Below are positions 17,738-30,230 of a DNA stretch of 64,000 bases, one piece after another. Numbering within the stretch: the stretch's first letter is position 1; each line of letters begins with the position of its first letter. The stretch covers positions 1,120,001 through 1,184,000 of the forward strand of contig OZ244744.1 of NCBI GenBank assembly GCA_965219455.1. The letters are read 5' to 3'. The DNA comes from Candidatus Latescibacterota bacterium. GTDB lineage: Bacteria; Latescibacterota; UBA2968; GCA-2709665. The notes beneath the pieces were generated by a model that searched no databases, was not told where the DNA came from, and was given only the letters and a program-made list of their open reading frames with translations. Made by a program: the position numbers and the translations under genes.

Positions 17738-20700
17738 TCAATCGCCCTTTGCCCCGTAAAAGAGATCGCCTGTCGTTTTTTTGACCTTTGGAGGTTTGCG
17801 CATTTCGTCCGGTACTGGTGGTAATTCGTCGGCTCGGAAGCAGTCGCTTTTGATGATGGCGTCGAGTAGCCGCGCCTGTTCGGGATAGGATTCGACAGTC
17901 GCCTCCAGTACCCAGAGCAAATCAAGTAGCTCGGTGGTGAACTGACTCGTCCAGCGCTTTGGACGAATCTCGTCAAGATCTGAAGATTTCCTGCCCGCTC
18001 GTCTCTTCATGCGGTACTTAAGCCAAGACTGTACGACCTTGAGACCCGAAACCTCAAACTCGTAGACCTCGGGAGGGACAGGCGCAAACTCGCCCTCACC
18101 GACGCGGAGAATTTCCTTCACGTCGCTATAGCTAAATTTGTCTGGGTAGTTCTCCGGATCCCCGGGAACGCCCTTTTCACATTTGGCTGCGCCGCGGGGA
18201 ACGTGACCACGTGGCTGATCTTCAGGAACGAACCGTTCGCCGTACGTGTGTAGCCAGAGCAACCGCACGCCTGTCGTTTTTACCTTTTGAAACAGTGCCG
18301 CGTCCTTCGTTAACGGTACACGTAGTTGGCGCAGGCCAATTGTAATGTTTGTCTCGACAGCATTTGTATTTGAAACGCCCGGTGAATCCTGGATGCGGTA
18401 GAGGGGGATAACTGCTTTAGCGCCAAATGAACCGCGAAAATGGTCGAGGTCAGGAAGATATGCAGCGCACGTCAAGGCAGGCCCAGATCCAAGCGGTTGA
18501 GAGAAGAGGCTCGTAACGTACACTTGCTGTTCGCCGTGAGTCCGCCATAGATCAGGGCGCAGGTAATCTCCCAACCTTGCATCGGCTATCATTAACTGGC
18601 GGTCGAATGAGCGATAGGCATATCGAGTTATTTTCCGGATAGGTGCATCTTTAGAAAGTTCCACCAAAGGTGTTCCCGCATCATCACGATCATATATTGG
18701 AGAGCAATTGGATTGGATTTTTCGATCGCGTGTCTCCTTGAATGATTTCGCCAAATGTTCCCGATTTGGAGACGCGAGCAATGCGCGCCAGCGCCGTTCC
18801 AGCAGCTCGCTATCGGGGGCGATGGGCCATGTCCTCTTGAACTGAACACCCGAATGTTGCCATGGCATAAGATCAGTAAGAAGCGGCCAGGTGAAGTACT
18901 CCCCACTGCCCGCCGGACGAAATGGGGCCTGCCAGTTGTCCGGACAATCCAGCCATTTCAAGCTAGAGTGCGCAAGTCCCTCAACGTCGTCGAGTACGGC
19001 GAGTTTCTCTGCCCGGGTACCCTCCACCAGGGCATAGTGGACGTGTGCGGGCTTGTCAGCGGCAACTTTCTCAGAACGCAGAGCCACGGCAATTGCGACA
19101 GGAGTTTGGATCGCAAAGACATTTTCGCTCCTGTGGGTGCCACGACCTTCGCCACCCAGGTCGATAATCCAAATCTCGTCGCATTGCCGACGCATGTGCT
19201 CACGCATTCCGCAAAAGGCATCACCGTCGAGATAGCTCGACGCACTGATGAAGCTGACAATGCCGGGACCTTTGGCGGCGTTTTTCTCAATGACCTTCCA
19301 CAGCGCCCAGCGCCAAAAATAGACATAAAGGTTGTAGAGGTTCTTGACACGGACACCATGCCCGGACGAACGTGCGGGAGCGATGAAATCCTTAAGAATG
19401 GCAAGTTCCTGTCTCTTCGAGAGCCTGGATTTGGGAGTCTTTAACTCTCTTTCTCTACCCCTTTCATCCTTATATTTATTGCCCGGCAGTGGGTCGGTGA
19501 ATCGAACCCATCCACCATATCGTGAGAGATTTTCTTCACTTTCTTTCAAGACTGCATCGTGCCGGTCGTAGGGTGGATTCCCAATGCAAACGATGACCGG
19601 AACTGAACTCTTAATCTTAAGTGCCTTTTTGTGCTGATCGGCGATAGGCCTCAGAAAAAAAGGCATTTGGGGAGGCTCAGCGTGTGGGCTTTCAAGAGTG
19701 TCGGTCAGATATATGCGGGTACCGCCGTTGGGAAGTGTTGCGCCGTTGTCATGCAGTGCGCGGTTTACCCTAAGTTCGCTGACTGCGAAGGGGCCAACCA
19801 TCAGTTCGAAGCCGTGCAGGTTTTTGGCCAACGTCGTGGCTTGACCAGGGACCGCACCCTTGCCCTGTTCTGCTTTAACCCGGCCGAGGGCGTGTTCGAT
19901 CACGCCGAGGAGATAGGTTCCGGTTCCGACCGCGGGATCGAGCGTGACGACACCTGGGTCGGCGAAACCGAGAGGCTTACCGAGACGCCTTACCAGCAAA
20001 TCGTCAATCAGACGCACCTGAGCGCGAACTACCTCGATGGGCGTGTAATATGCCCCGGCGTCCCTGCGCAGCCCGGGGTCATAGACGGCAAGGAAGTCTT
20101 CGTAGAAATAGAGCCACGGATCCTCAGGACCCGTAAGCGCGGCCGGAGATACGTGATCGATAACCCGTAGCAGCAAGTTAAGTGATGCGGATATCTCGGA
20201 ATGCGCGTTTTCGTCTGTTAAAACTTGGAGGGCTTTCGACAGCAGGCTGTGTTGAACAGCCAAGGCGTCTTGTGCAGTTTTCAGAGTTAGAGGATCAGCC
20301 CCTTCGCTCCGACCCAGCAGCAAGCCAAAGGTCACGGTTTGGGCGTACGCGTCGGCGAACTGCTCGTCCGACGCGTCTGGAAAGAGCAGTTGCCGCCAGT
20401 CTCGTGCAAGCTCCACGAGGGGCGAAGTGGGATTCTTAAGCGCGTCCTTGACGTCATCGCGCAACATCCGGCACAAAGGTGCCAACAGCGAAGCGAATCC
20501 CTTGAGTTCGATCTTTCCATCCTTGCCCCTTGGGATGCTGGGTTTCCACGAGAGAAAATCCCGCAGCACGCGTTCCACTGCGTGGGCGTTCGCCGAAACG
20601 ACGGCCTTCTTGCCATCCGCGGCTATATCACCTTCAAGGTGAACGATACTGCCAACCCGTTCGCCGCTCCGATAGATCGCCCATTCGTTGCCATCGGTGT

Positions 20701-21037
20701 ACAGGATATTCGGAATGGCCGAAAAACGTTTGAATTGATCGCGATTGTGACCCGTGAACCGAGAGGCCGTTGCACCGACGCCGGGTGCCTTTAGCTCGAC
20801 ATAACCGGCGGGAAGTTCTTTTATCAGAACAGCGTAGTCCGGGCGTCCGATGCGGTCAGGCATGGGAGTTTCCCCCCTGCAACTGACCTTCCAACCGAGC
20901 ACACCTGCCGCTTCGACCATAAACGACTTAAATGGAGATCGTAGTTGTTCTTCGGGCTCGCCAGGAGTGAACGGTGTAGAGTCCGCCGCCACCGACGCCG
21001 CGAAGCCTTGTAAAGCCGCGTAAATTGAGGTTTTCAT
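17738..21037 (-). CDS. Restriction-modification fusion: PD-(D/E)XK nuclease + N6-adenine MTase + type ISP-like specificity domain (no helicase)
   Basis: PDYAV...GYVELKAPG, GAYYTP, LDPAVGTGTY, IGNPPY and YAYRSFDRQ motifs. Confidence 0.85.
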   Translation of the reverse strand: MKTSIYAALQGFAASVAADSTPFTPGEPEEQLRSPFKSFMVEAAGVLGWKVSCRGETPMPDRIGRPDYAVLIKELPAGYVELKAPGVGATASRFTGHNRDQFKRFSAIPNILYTDGNEWAIYRSGERVGSIVHLEGDIAADGKKAVVSANAHAVERVLRDFLSWKPSIPRGKDGKIELKGFASLLAPLCRMLRDDVKDALKNPTSPLVELARDWRQLLFPDASDEQFADAYAQTVTFGLLLGRSEGADPLTLKTAQDALAVQHSLLSKALQVLTDENAHSEISASLNLLLRVIDHVSPAALTGPEDPWLYFYEDFLAVYDPGLRRDAGAYYTPIEVVRAQVRLIDDLLVRRLGKPLGFADPGVVTLDPAVGTGTYLLGVIEHALGRVKAEQGKGAVPGQATTLAKNLHGFELMVGPFAVSELRVNRALHDNGATLPNGGTRIYLTDTLESPHAEPPQMPFFLRPIADQHKKALKIKSSVPVIVCIGNPPYDRHDAVLKESEENLSRYGGWVRFTDPLPGNKYKDERGRERELKTPKSRLSKRQELAILKDFIAPARSSGHGVRVKNLYNLYVYFWRWALWKVIEKNAAKGPGIVSFISASSYLDGDAFCGMREHMRRQCDEIWIIDLGGEGRGTHRSENVFAIQTPVAIAVALRSEKVAADKPAHVHYALVEGTRAEKLAVLDDVEGLAHSSLKWLDCPDNWQAPFRPAGSGEYFTWPLLTDLMPWQHSGVQFKRTWPIAPDSELLERRWRALLASPNREHLAKSFKETRDRKIQSNCSPIYDRDDAGTPLVELSKDAPIRKITRYAYRSFDRQLMIADARLGDYLRPDLWRTHGEQQVYVTSLFSQPLGSGPALTCAAYLPDLDHFRGSFGAKAVIPLYRIQDSPGVSNTNAVETNITIGLRQLRVPLTKDAALFQKVKTTGVRLLWLHTYGERFVPEDQPRGHVPRGAAKCEKGVPGDPENYPDKFSYSDVKEILRVGEGEFAPVPPEVYEFEVSGLKVVQSWLKYRMKRRAGRKSSDLDEIRPKRWTSQFTTELLDLLWVLEATVESYPEQARLLDAIIKSDCFRADELPPVPDEMRKPPKVKKTTGDLFYGAKGD

Positions 21038-21694
21038 TTGCGTTCTTGCCTCACCTAATGCAACGGTTTGCGCACTTACTCAGGTGCCAAACGGATGCAG
21101 TTCCTACGAAAAAATCAGTCGAATGGCGCGAAAACAAGCCACGTATTCGATATTATAGGGATAGTCGCAAATTGCGACAAGCGCAACTTGAAACGCCGGT
21201 AAGTCTCAATGCTGTGTGCATCGAGAGAAACGACACATGGTTGGTTCAACGACCCCAGCGCATCGTACAACCGTATAGTCGGGACGGATACTCGAAAAAC
21301 AGCAGGAAGCTTAGACTGGAAGCGCAATGTGGACGCCAATTTGAAGTACATGGCCCGTCTAGGACCAAGCGGGCCGGAATCCATACGAGGGCGGCGCAGT
21401 CTCCATGCGAAAATTCGGACAAAATACACGCATAACCCCCTGTGTCTCACGCCGATCCAGCGCGGACAGATGACGGACGCGAATCTTGTATTGGTCGCCG
21501 CAATGAATTATATTGGTGTCTGTTTACCCATTACAGAATGGGGCATCCAATGTCAGCTATCTGCGAAGTATTGCTTAGGAAAGCAGGCTGGCTTTGGAGC
21601 ACGAAAATGCGCTATGCGCGTTCGTAAACTGACGTGGGCATTTGCAAGTCTGCGAGAATGACGCCGGGCGTGCTGGTTATCTGGGGAGATATTT

Positions 21695-22756
21695 ATGATA
21701 CGAGAAACTGTTGATCGAATACGCACGTCGCTCAAATCTGGGCAATTTACCAACGAGGCATCGATATCTCAGGGGGTTGTGCTACCTGTATTGCAGGCAC
21801 TCGATTGGCCTGTATTCGATACATCCGTGGTAACCCCCGAATATTCCGTTGAGTCCGGACGGGTCGACTACGCTCTTCGTGAAACAACGGGGCGTCCAAA
21901 AATTTTCGTAGAGGTAAAGAGGCTTGGCCAGACGAATACCGGGGACAGGCAGTTGTTTGAGTACGCTTTCCATCAAGGAGTTCCGATGGCAGTCCTTACG
22001 GACGGTCATGAATGGAGCTTCTATCTACCGGGAGAAGAAGGACAGTACGAAGAGCGGCGTGTGTACAAACTTGATCTCCTCGAAAGATCTCCTGCTGAAT
22101 CCACCGAACGACTGCATCGATATTTGAACTACGGGCGAGTAATTTCGGGTGAGGCATTATCTGCTGCCCGGAACGACTACAGGAATGTTGCACGAGATAG
22201 ACTAATCGGCGACTCCATGCCAAGAGCCTGGCATCAGCTTCTGTCGGGGTCGGACGAAATACTCGTCGAATTGCTTGCTGACAAAGTCGAGGACATTTGC
22301 GGATATAAGCCCGAGCCGGACGTTTGCTCGCAGTTCATCCAAACAAAAGCGGATCCACAACGTGCACACATTGAGAACGGTGGTCGAGAACAGCAAGAGC
22401 CGCCATCACGGCCCTCGCCTCGACAAGACAAAGGCTTCACATATCGCGGTGAATTTCACTCGGCGAATTCAGCGCGGGAGGTCCTTCGAAGGGTCCTGAT
22501 CACATTTGCGGAGGATGATCCAGAGTTCTTGGGAAGGTTTGCCGAGAGGAAACATGGCCGGACGAGAAGATGGATAGCGAGATCCGAGAATGAACTTAAC
22601 CCTGACCGACCGGACTTAGCAGAAAAATCCGTTGAACTGGTACAGGGTTGGTGGATGGGAACCAATTACAGCAGACGACGAATTGAGAAAATAGCCAAAC
22701 TTGCGTGTGAAGTCGCCAATGTTGAGATTGGGAAAGACTTGGTAGTTTCGCTTTAA
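21695..22756 (+). CDS. HsdR_N-like PD-(D/E)XK nuclease with SeqA-like C-terminal domain
   Basis: PEY...RVDYAL...FVEVKR...QLFEYA...LTDG-W N-terminal nuclease; C-terminal HGRTR...WMGTN. Confidence 0.75.
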   Translation: MIRETVDRIRTSLKSGQFTNEASISQGVVLPVLQALDWPVFDTSVVTPEYSVESGRVDYALRETTGRPKIFVEVKRLGQTNTGDRQLFEYAFHQGVPMAVLTDGHEWSFYLPGEEGQYEERRVYKLDLLERSPAESTERLHRYLNYGRVISGEALSAARNDYRNVARDRLIGDSMPRAWHQLLSGSDEILVELLADKVEDICGYKPEPDVCSQFIQTKADPQRAHIENGGREQQEPPSRPSPRQDKGFTYRGEFHSANSAREVLRRVLITFAEDDPEFLGRFAERKHGRTRRWIARSENELNPDRPDLAEKSVELVQGWWMGTNYSRRRIEKIAKLACEVANVEIGKDLVVSL

Positions 22757-22862
22757 TTGCCCGTGGCATTTTGATTGTACAAAAACCCGCCTATATCACA
22801 ACGCGACCCACTTTAAGTACAAACTGGATTGATCTGCCCTAATAAGGGGGGCGGGAGACTCA

Positions 22863-24687
22863 ATGCTTACCTTGGATGACTTCAATGCTTGCGGCTGGCA
22901 GGCGGCCATCGATGGTGTGGACTGTCCCTATGATTATGGCTCGCTGTCCAGTGCCTTTTCTGACGCTGCAAATCGCGCAGCAAGAAGATCGCCAAACCGA
23001 TTCCAAGGTGTTACGGTTGCTCGCTGATGTTTGTTCGATGCAGTTGTCGACTGACAGTGTTAATGATCCCTACAAGCCTTGTATAGTGTGGACGGACGGC
23101 CAGAGGTCAATGATCCCGAGTGACTTATCCGACGATGAGATACGCTTCTTCGCATCGATCGTCGATTTCATCAACAATGCGTTGCTAAAGGCACGTCTGG
23201 CCGATCTTATATGGCTCTTGCAAAAGCCGAGACAAGTGAAGTTGGCAAGGACGGCGATCGACAGCTACCGGTCAATTCCGTTGGAGCCCAAAATCTGGCA
23301 ACGGGGCGGTCGGAAATGTTGGCAACGTGCTATAAATCTCGCACAAATCCGCGGAATTGGGACTGACGAGCACAAATCTGAAATTGAAGCATCGATCGTT
23401 GCGGCGTTCATGTCTGCCACGGCGGAGGATGGGTCTTTTGGACTGAAATTGGCTAACTTACTTATGTCGAACGCACTTGGAGCGGATGTCTCAGCGTCAA
23501 TCGGGAGTCGGCTTGAGAACCTGGGAAGCGAATTAAAGAGTCAGGGCAAGCTACCGATGGCCCTGGAATACTATCAAGCATCGGCAGACTGGTGCAGGAA
23601 GTCTGACAATGATACCAAATGGGTGGAGATGAAAGCAAAGGTAGCCGCGGGATGGGTGGAACAGGCGTCGTTGCATGAATTGTCTGATCCCCCCAAGCAC
23701 AGCAACGCCGCAGGTTGCTATGATCGTGCAATCCAATCCTACCGGGAAATTCCTGGCACCCAACGTGAGACGTATCACGTTAACGAACGTATTTCAGAAC
23801 TACGGAAACGCCGCCATGAGTCGCTCAAAGAATCGTTGGATCAAATGAGTTCCATCAGGAGTCGTGGAATCGACCTCAGTCAAATTGCCGATAGTGCACG
23901 AAAGGAAGTGATGGGAAAGTCGTCTGCCGATGCTCTGGTGTCGTTCGCCAACATTCGTCCCATAGTAAACGTCAAAACACTACGCGATAGTGTGAGAGAG
24001 CGCCTTACGCAAACCCCGTTAATCTCCATGTTTTCTCGAACGGCGTTGAGCCGTGACGGTCGCGTCATTAAGAACGTACCCGGTGACGACAAAGAAGCAA
24101 TTTATGCAGATGAAATGATCCGCGAATACCGAATGAATGTAGAAGTTGACGTCAGAGGAATAATTGTCCCCGCGCTTGAAGCCTTGCTTCTGGAACACAG
24201 ATTCTGTGTTGAAGACTTCATTGATCTGGCAAAGAGGTCCGCATTTGGACCCGCTGGGCGGGAATTCCTTTTTGGCAGGGGTTTGTACGCCGGTTGCGAC
24301 TACGATTTCGCCACGGCCGTCCACATTCTCACGCCTCAAATTGAGCACGTGATACGCCTTATCCTGAAACAAGAGGGAGTATCAACAACGCATTTAGACC
24401 AGAAGAACGGTGTGGAGACTGAAAAAAGCCTCGCATCGCTGATTTGCGAATCCGCGGCCGAAGAGATATTGGGGCCAGACCTTAGTTTCGAAATAAGGAC
24501 GCTTTTCTGTGAACCCACCGGACCGAATTTACGAAACCTGCTGGCACACGGGATGCTAAATGACATTGCTTCTCAGTCAATCTTCGCGATTTATGCGTGG
24601 TGGCTTACATTGATGCTCGTGGTCAACTCTAATGGGGATGCCTCAGACATTGACACCGAGACATGCGAGCACGAATCTGGCGAATAG
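22863..24687 (+). pseudogene. DUF4209-family HEPN protein with an apparent +1 frameshift near 22980
   Basis: C-terminal GPNLRNLLAHG HEPN motif; RBS-supported ATG 22863 lies in a different frame from the body ORF 22876..24687. Confidence 0.65.
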
Positions 24688-24848
24688 ATGAGGTCTGCGA
24701 TCAGTTCGCCATAGTGCGACTCAATTACCGCACCTGTAACCGTCCACACGTCTTCAAGCCTATTTTTGTACCGTTACTGGATCAGGCACACTACCTTACA
24801 AAGAGACAGTCGTGGTCCATTTGTAACATCGATATTAAGCAAGAAACC

Positions 24849-25301
24849 ATGCAAGAACGCACTTTCAATCTCTCTGTCCCTCTATCCCGTCTATTTGTTG
24901 TGGGTTGTATTCTTGGGGGTGTTATTGAGATTGCCGGTAGCTTCTTCAGTATACGGTCGGGCGACAGTATTTTCGGCGTCGCGCAGTTGGTTTTCGGATT
25001 GTTTTTGCTGCTTTTCGTTAGTCTCACGCCCCGTATACACAGATATATCATCACGTTTGACGATTCGTATCTGACGTTGGATAAATCTCTCTTTAAACCG
25101 CGAAAAATCCCCTGGGCGTCTATCTCTGAAGTAGAAATACAACTGATGAAATTGGAAATAGCGCTCAAGGAGGGGAAAAACGTGAAGTGGAACTTCAATA
25201 TGAGCTATACGGACAACCAGTTTGTTAAACCACAAATCATCTCGGCGCTGACCGAATTCGCGGGAGCGAAGGGGATTCCCATCCGAGATAGTCGAAGTTG
25301 A
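24849..25301 (+). CDS. Small two-TM membrane protein with PH-like C-terminus (paralog A)
   Basis: Two hydrophobic helices followed by KIPWASISEVEI; clear paralog of 30651..31106. Confidence 0.7.
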   Translation: MQERTFNLSVPLSRLFVVGCILGGVIEIAGSFFSIRSGDSIFGVAQLVFGLFLLLFVSLTPRIHRYIITFDDSYLTLDKSLFKPRKIPWASISEVEIQLMKLEIALKEGKNVKWNFNMSYTDNQFVKPQIISALTEFAGAKGIPIRDSRS

Positions 25302-25354
25302 TGACTCCGCGCCGCATATCCATGCGGCATCCCAATCGCGCACACCCGCACCCT

Positions 25355-26477
25355 GACGAAGTCCCCGCGCAAATGTGATTAGCGCGTATTTGGCGTTAAG
25401 GACAGCCGAACAGACGGGAGATTCTTCGGCTGCGCTCAGAATGACATGCTTTGCAATAGCCATCGTCGAAATGTATCCGTCATTCGTTAGCCCGTACTGT
25501 CATCCTGAGGAAGACGTCCGGCCTGCCAGAGAATCATCGGCAGGCCGGCTGACGAAGGATCTACTGCGGCATCGGTTGATCCCCAGGCTCCTGGCACTCA
25601 ATCGACGCAACAGGCGGCACGTTTACGCACACACGGTCAGGCCGAGGTGGCGCGTGTGTTGATGGGATTCCGAAATACGGGCATTTCGACATTTCGACAA
25701 GCTCAATGCAGGCAATGACCACGATTCGAAAGGGACTCGTTGACGTCGCTCAGAATGACAGGTTGCGCGATCATTTTCGTCGCGGGAGACCGGGCGCCCA
25801 CAAGGGACGCCCCTACGACGGCCAGGGGGAGTCGCGGCAAGGTGGAGACGATGAGGAAGCCGTTATGAGGGTGGGGCAGACATCCCTGTCTGCCGGCGTC
25901 AATGCCGACGAAGTCCCCGCGCAAATGTGATTGGCGCGGTTTTGGCATCAAAGACAGCCGAGAAGACGGGAGATTCTTCGCTGCGCTCAGAATGACATGC
26001 TTTGCAATAGCCATCGTCGAAATGTATCCGTCATTCGATAGCCCGTACTGTCATCCTGAGGAAGACGTCCGGCCTGCCAGAGAATCATCGGCAGGCCGGC
26101 TGACGAAGGATCTACTGCGGCATCGGTTGATCCCCAGTCTCCTGGCACTCAATCGACGCAACAGGCGGCACGTTTGCGCACACACGGTCAGGCTGAGGTG
26201 GCGCGTGTGTCGAGGGGATTCCGAAGCGCGGGCATTTCGACATTTCGACAAGCTCAATGCAGGCAAGCTTGCTTCGACAAGCTCAGCACAGGCAATGACC
26301 ACGCTTCGAAAGGGACTCGTTGACGTCGCTCAGAATGACAAGTTGCGCGATCATTTTCGTCGCGGGAGACCGGGCGCCCACAAGGGACGCCCCTACGACG
26401 GCCAGGGGGAGTCGCGGCAAGGTGGAGACGATGAGGAAGCCGTTATGAGGGTGGGGCAGACATTCCTGTCTGCCCAC
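25355..26477. repeat. Tandem duplication of a ~550-570 bp noncoding unit composed of REP-like palindromes
   Basis: Copy 1 ~25355-25894 and copy 2 ~25907-26477 are nearly identical; copy 2 has an extra GCTTCGACAAGCTCAG module. Confidence 0.9.
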
Positions 26478-26552
26478 GTCTAAAGTGGCATTGCTCACTG
26501 TCGTGCGGTCGCGCGTTTGATTTGTTTATCCTGTTTATCCTGTATATCCATG

Positions 26553-28531
<1,979 letters not shown>

Positions 28532-28558
28532 TAAGTTCCTGTTTCTGAACTAATAAGG

Positions 28559-29317
28559 CTACTTACCCTCCCCTACGAATTCCAGCCAGTTTCTGAATTC
28601 GACCTTCCTCAGGCTTTCTTCTTGCTTCTCTTTTTTCTTCAAGCCCGCCAGCAGACTCTGAAACGCTTCCTCCGTGAACATCGACGTGTAATTCGGCGCC
28701 CAGTGCATAAGCAGCTTTCCGATGTAGTCGTACGGCAGTTCGGGATGGTATTGCGTACATGTGACGCGCCGGTCCTTCGATACAACGGCCTGCAGCGTAA
28801 CAGCGTTTTCGGCGATAATGTCAAACCCGCGTGGCAGTTGTGCGATCTCATCGAAATGATGAGCGGGCGCATCGAACGTGGGCGGTTTGCCTCGATAAAT
28901 GGCCTGAGCGTAATCCACTGTTCTGGCCGTAAGACCGGTTGCGATGCCGATTTCCGGTGTGCGAGCCGGCGCCACCTCCCCGCCGCAGACGGTCACGATG
29001 ACCTGAAACCCCCAGCAACTGCCCCAGACATGAGGGACATCCGCAAGCACGCGCTCGCCCAACTCGAGTTGGCGCCGATTAAATGGGTCGTCTTCGTAGA
29101 TATTGCCGCCCCCGCCGGTCCAGATCGCGGCATCGTACTCGCTGAAATCCAGGTCCGGCGGTCCGGCGTCGCTGTGCGTGTGGACGATCCGGATGTCCGC
29201 TTCAGGCAGGCATTCCCGGACGAGTGACTCGAAGACGCATGCCTGCTTCTCCACCCCGGCAAGCGCATGGGACCGGTTTCCTTCCCGGGTCCAACCGTCG
29301 ACGATCAATAGCCGCAT
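28559..29317 (-). CDS. Class I glutamine amidotransferase-like protein
   Basis: GSCWGFQ nucleophile elbow and QYHPE. Confidence 0.88.
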   Translation of the reverse strand: MRLLIVDGWTREGNRSHALAGVEKQACVFESLVRECLPEADIRIVHTHSDAGPPDLDFSEYDAAIWTGGGGNIYEDDPFNRRQLELGERVLADVPHVWGSCWGFQVIVTVCGGEVAPARTPEIGIATGLTARTVDYAQAIYRGKPPTFDAPAHHFDEIAQLPRGFDIIAENAVTLQAVVSKDRRVTCTQYHPELPYDYIGKLLMHWAPNYTSMFTEEAFQSLLAGLKKKEKQEESLRKVEFRNWLEFVGEGK

Positions 29318-29324
29318 TTCCTCG

Positions 29325-30230
29325 TCACCTCTCGTCTTCAAACCAGTCGTCGCCGACCTCAATCTCGCCCGTCGCGGTTAAAACGGCAGGGCCGCCCACG
29401 TCGACCGAAACGACCTTCCCGTCCCGCAATCGAGCCGCCGCGTCCATCTTGCTGGTGCGGCCGATTTTCACTCCCTGTGTCACCACAAGTTCCACCCTGC
29501 CCGATCGAATTCCGCTTCTCAGCCCCGCGACGCCGACAAGCGCGGCGACAGCGCTGCCCGTTGCCGGATCTTCTTCGATGCCGTGGGCGGGCGCGAACAT
29601 CCGCGCGTAGATCTCCGCGCCGGAATTTAATTCACCCGAAAAGAAAAAGAGTTCCGGCGACCATGCATCGGAGAGCAATCCGACCCACGCCTGTTTGTCC
29701 ATCGATGCACGGTCAACAGCCGCTTTCGACGCCAGGTGGGTGAAGCAGAAGTTCAGTCCCGCACCGGCGAAGAATCCGTCCAGGACGTCGTCCCGGTCGA
29801 GGGAAAGGACTGCCGAAAGCGACGCGATCGGCGGTTTGTCCGAAGGGTGTTCCAGAGGAGCATCACTGGTCAGCGTACCATACAATACGCCCTCGTCGCT
29901 CGAAATCCTCACCGGGATGCGGCCGACGTTCTCTTCGAGAATAACGCAATCCGAATCCGTGTGCCCGCCATAGCGAAGGGCGCACGCCGTTCCAACCGTG
30001 GGATGGCCGGCGAAGTCCACCTCGGCGTTCGGTGTGAAGATTCGCACCCGGGCCGTGGCGGTCTCGTTTGTCGGCGGAAATACGTAGGTGGTTTCGGAGA
30101 AATTGAACTCGCGAGCGACCTTCTGCATGCCATCCGTGCTGAGGCCCCTCGCATCCGGTAAGACCGCCAGTTGATTTCCCCCGAAGGCCGTGCGGGTGAA
30201 GACATCGAGGATATAGAATCGATATTTCAT
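29325..30230 (-). CDS. PhzF family isomerase
   Basis: DVFT...GGNQLAV, FNFSET, FAGHPT and EDPATGSA motifs. Confidence 0.92.
   Translation of the reverse strand: MKYRFYILDVFTRTAFGGNQLAVLPDARGLSTDGMQKVAREFNFSETTYVFPPTNETATARVRIFTPNAEVDFAGHPTVGTACALRYGGHTDSDCVILEENVGRIPVRISSDEGVLYGTLTSDAPLEHPSDKPPIASLSAVLSLDRDDVLDGFFAGAGLNFCFTHLASKAAVDRASMDKQAWVGLLSDAWSPELFFFSGELNSGAEIYARMFAPAHGIEEDPATGSAVAALVGVAGLRSGIRSGRVELVVTQGVKIGRTSKMDAAARLRDGKVVSVDVGGPAVLTATGEIEVGDDWFEDER

Noticed and set aside
21040-21690. Possible ncRNA or small gene in the long gap between divergent defence genes
   Set aside because: No convincing RBS-supported ORF, motif or structure could be identified by eye. It may be gene debris.
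25355-26477. CRISPR array or protein-coding ORFs within the tandem repeat
   Set aside because: There is no constant repeat with unique spacers and no cas genes. The overlapping ORFs are translations of palindromic repeats.
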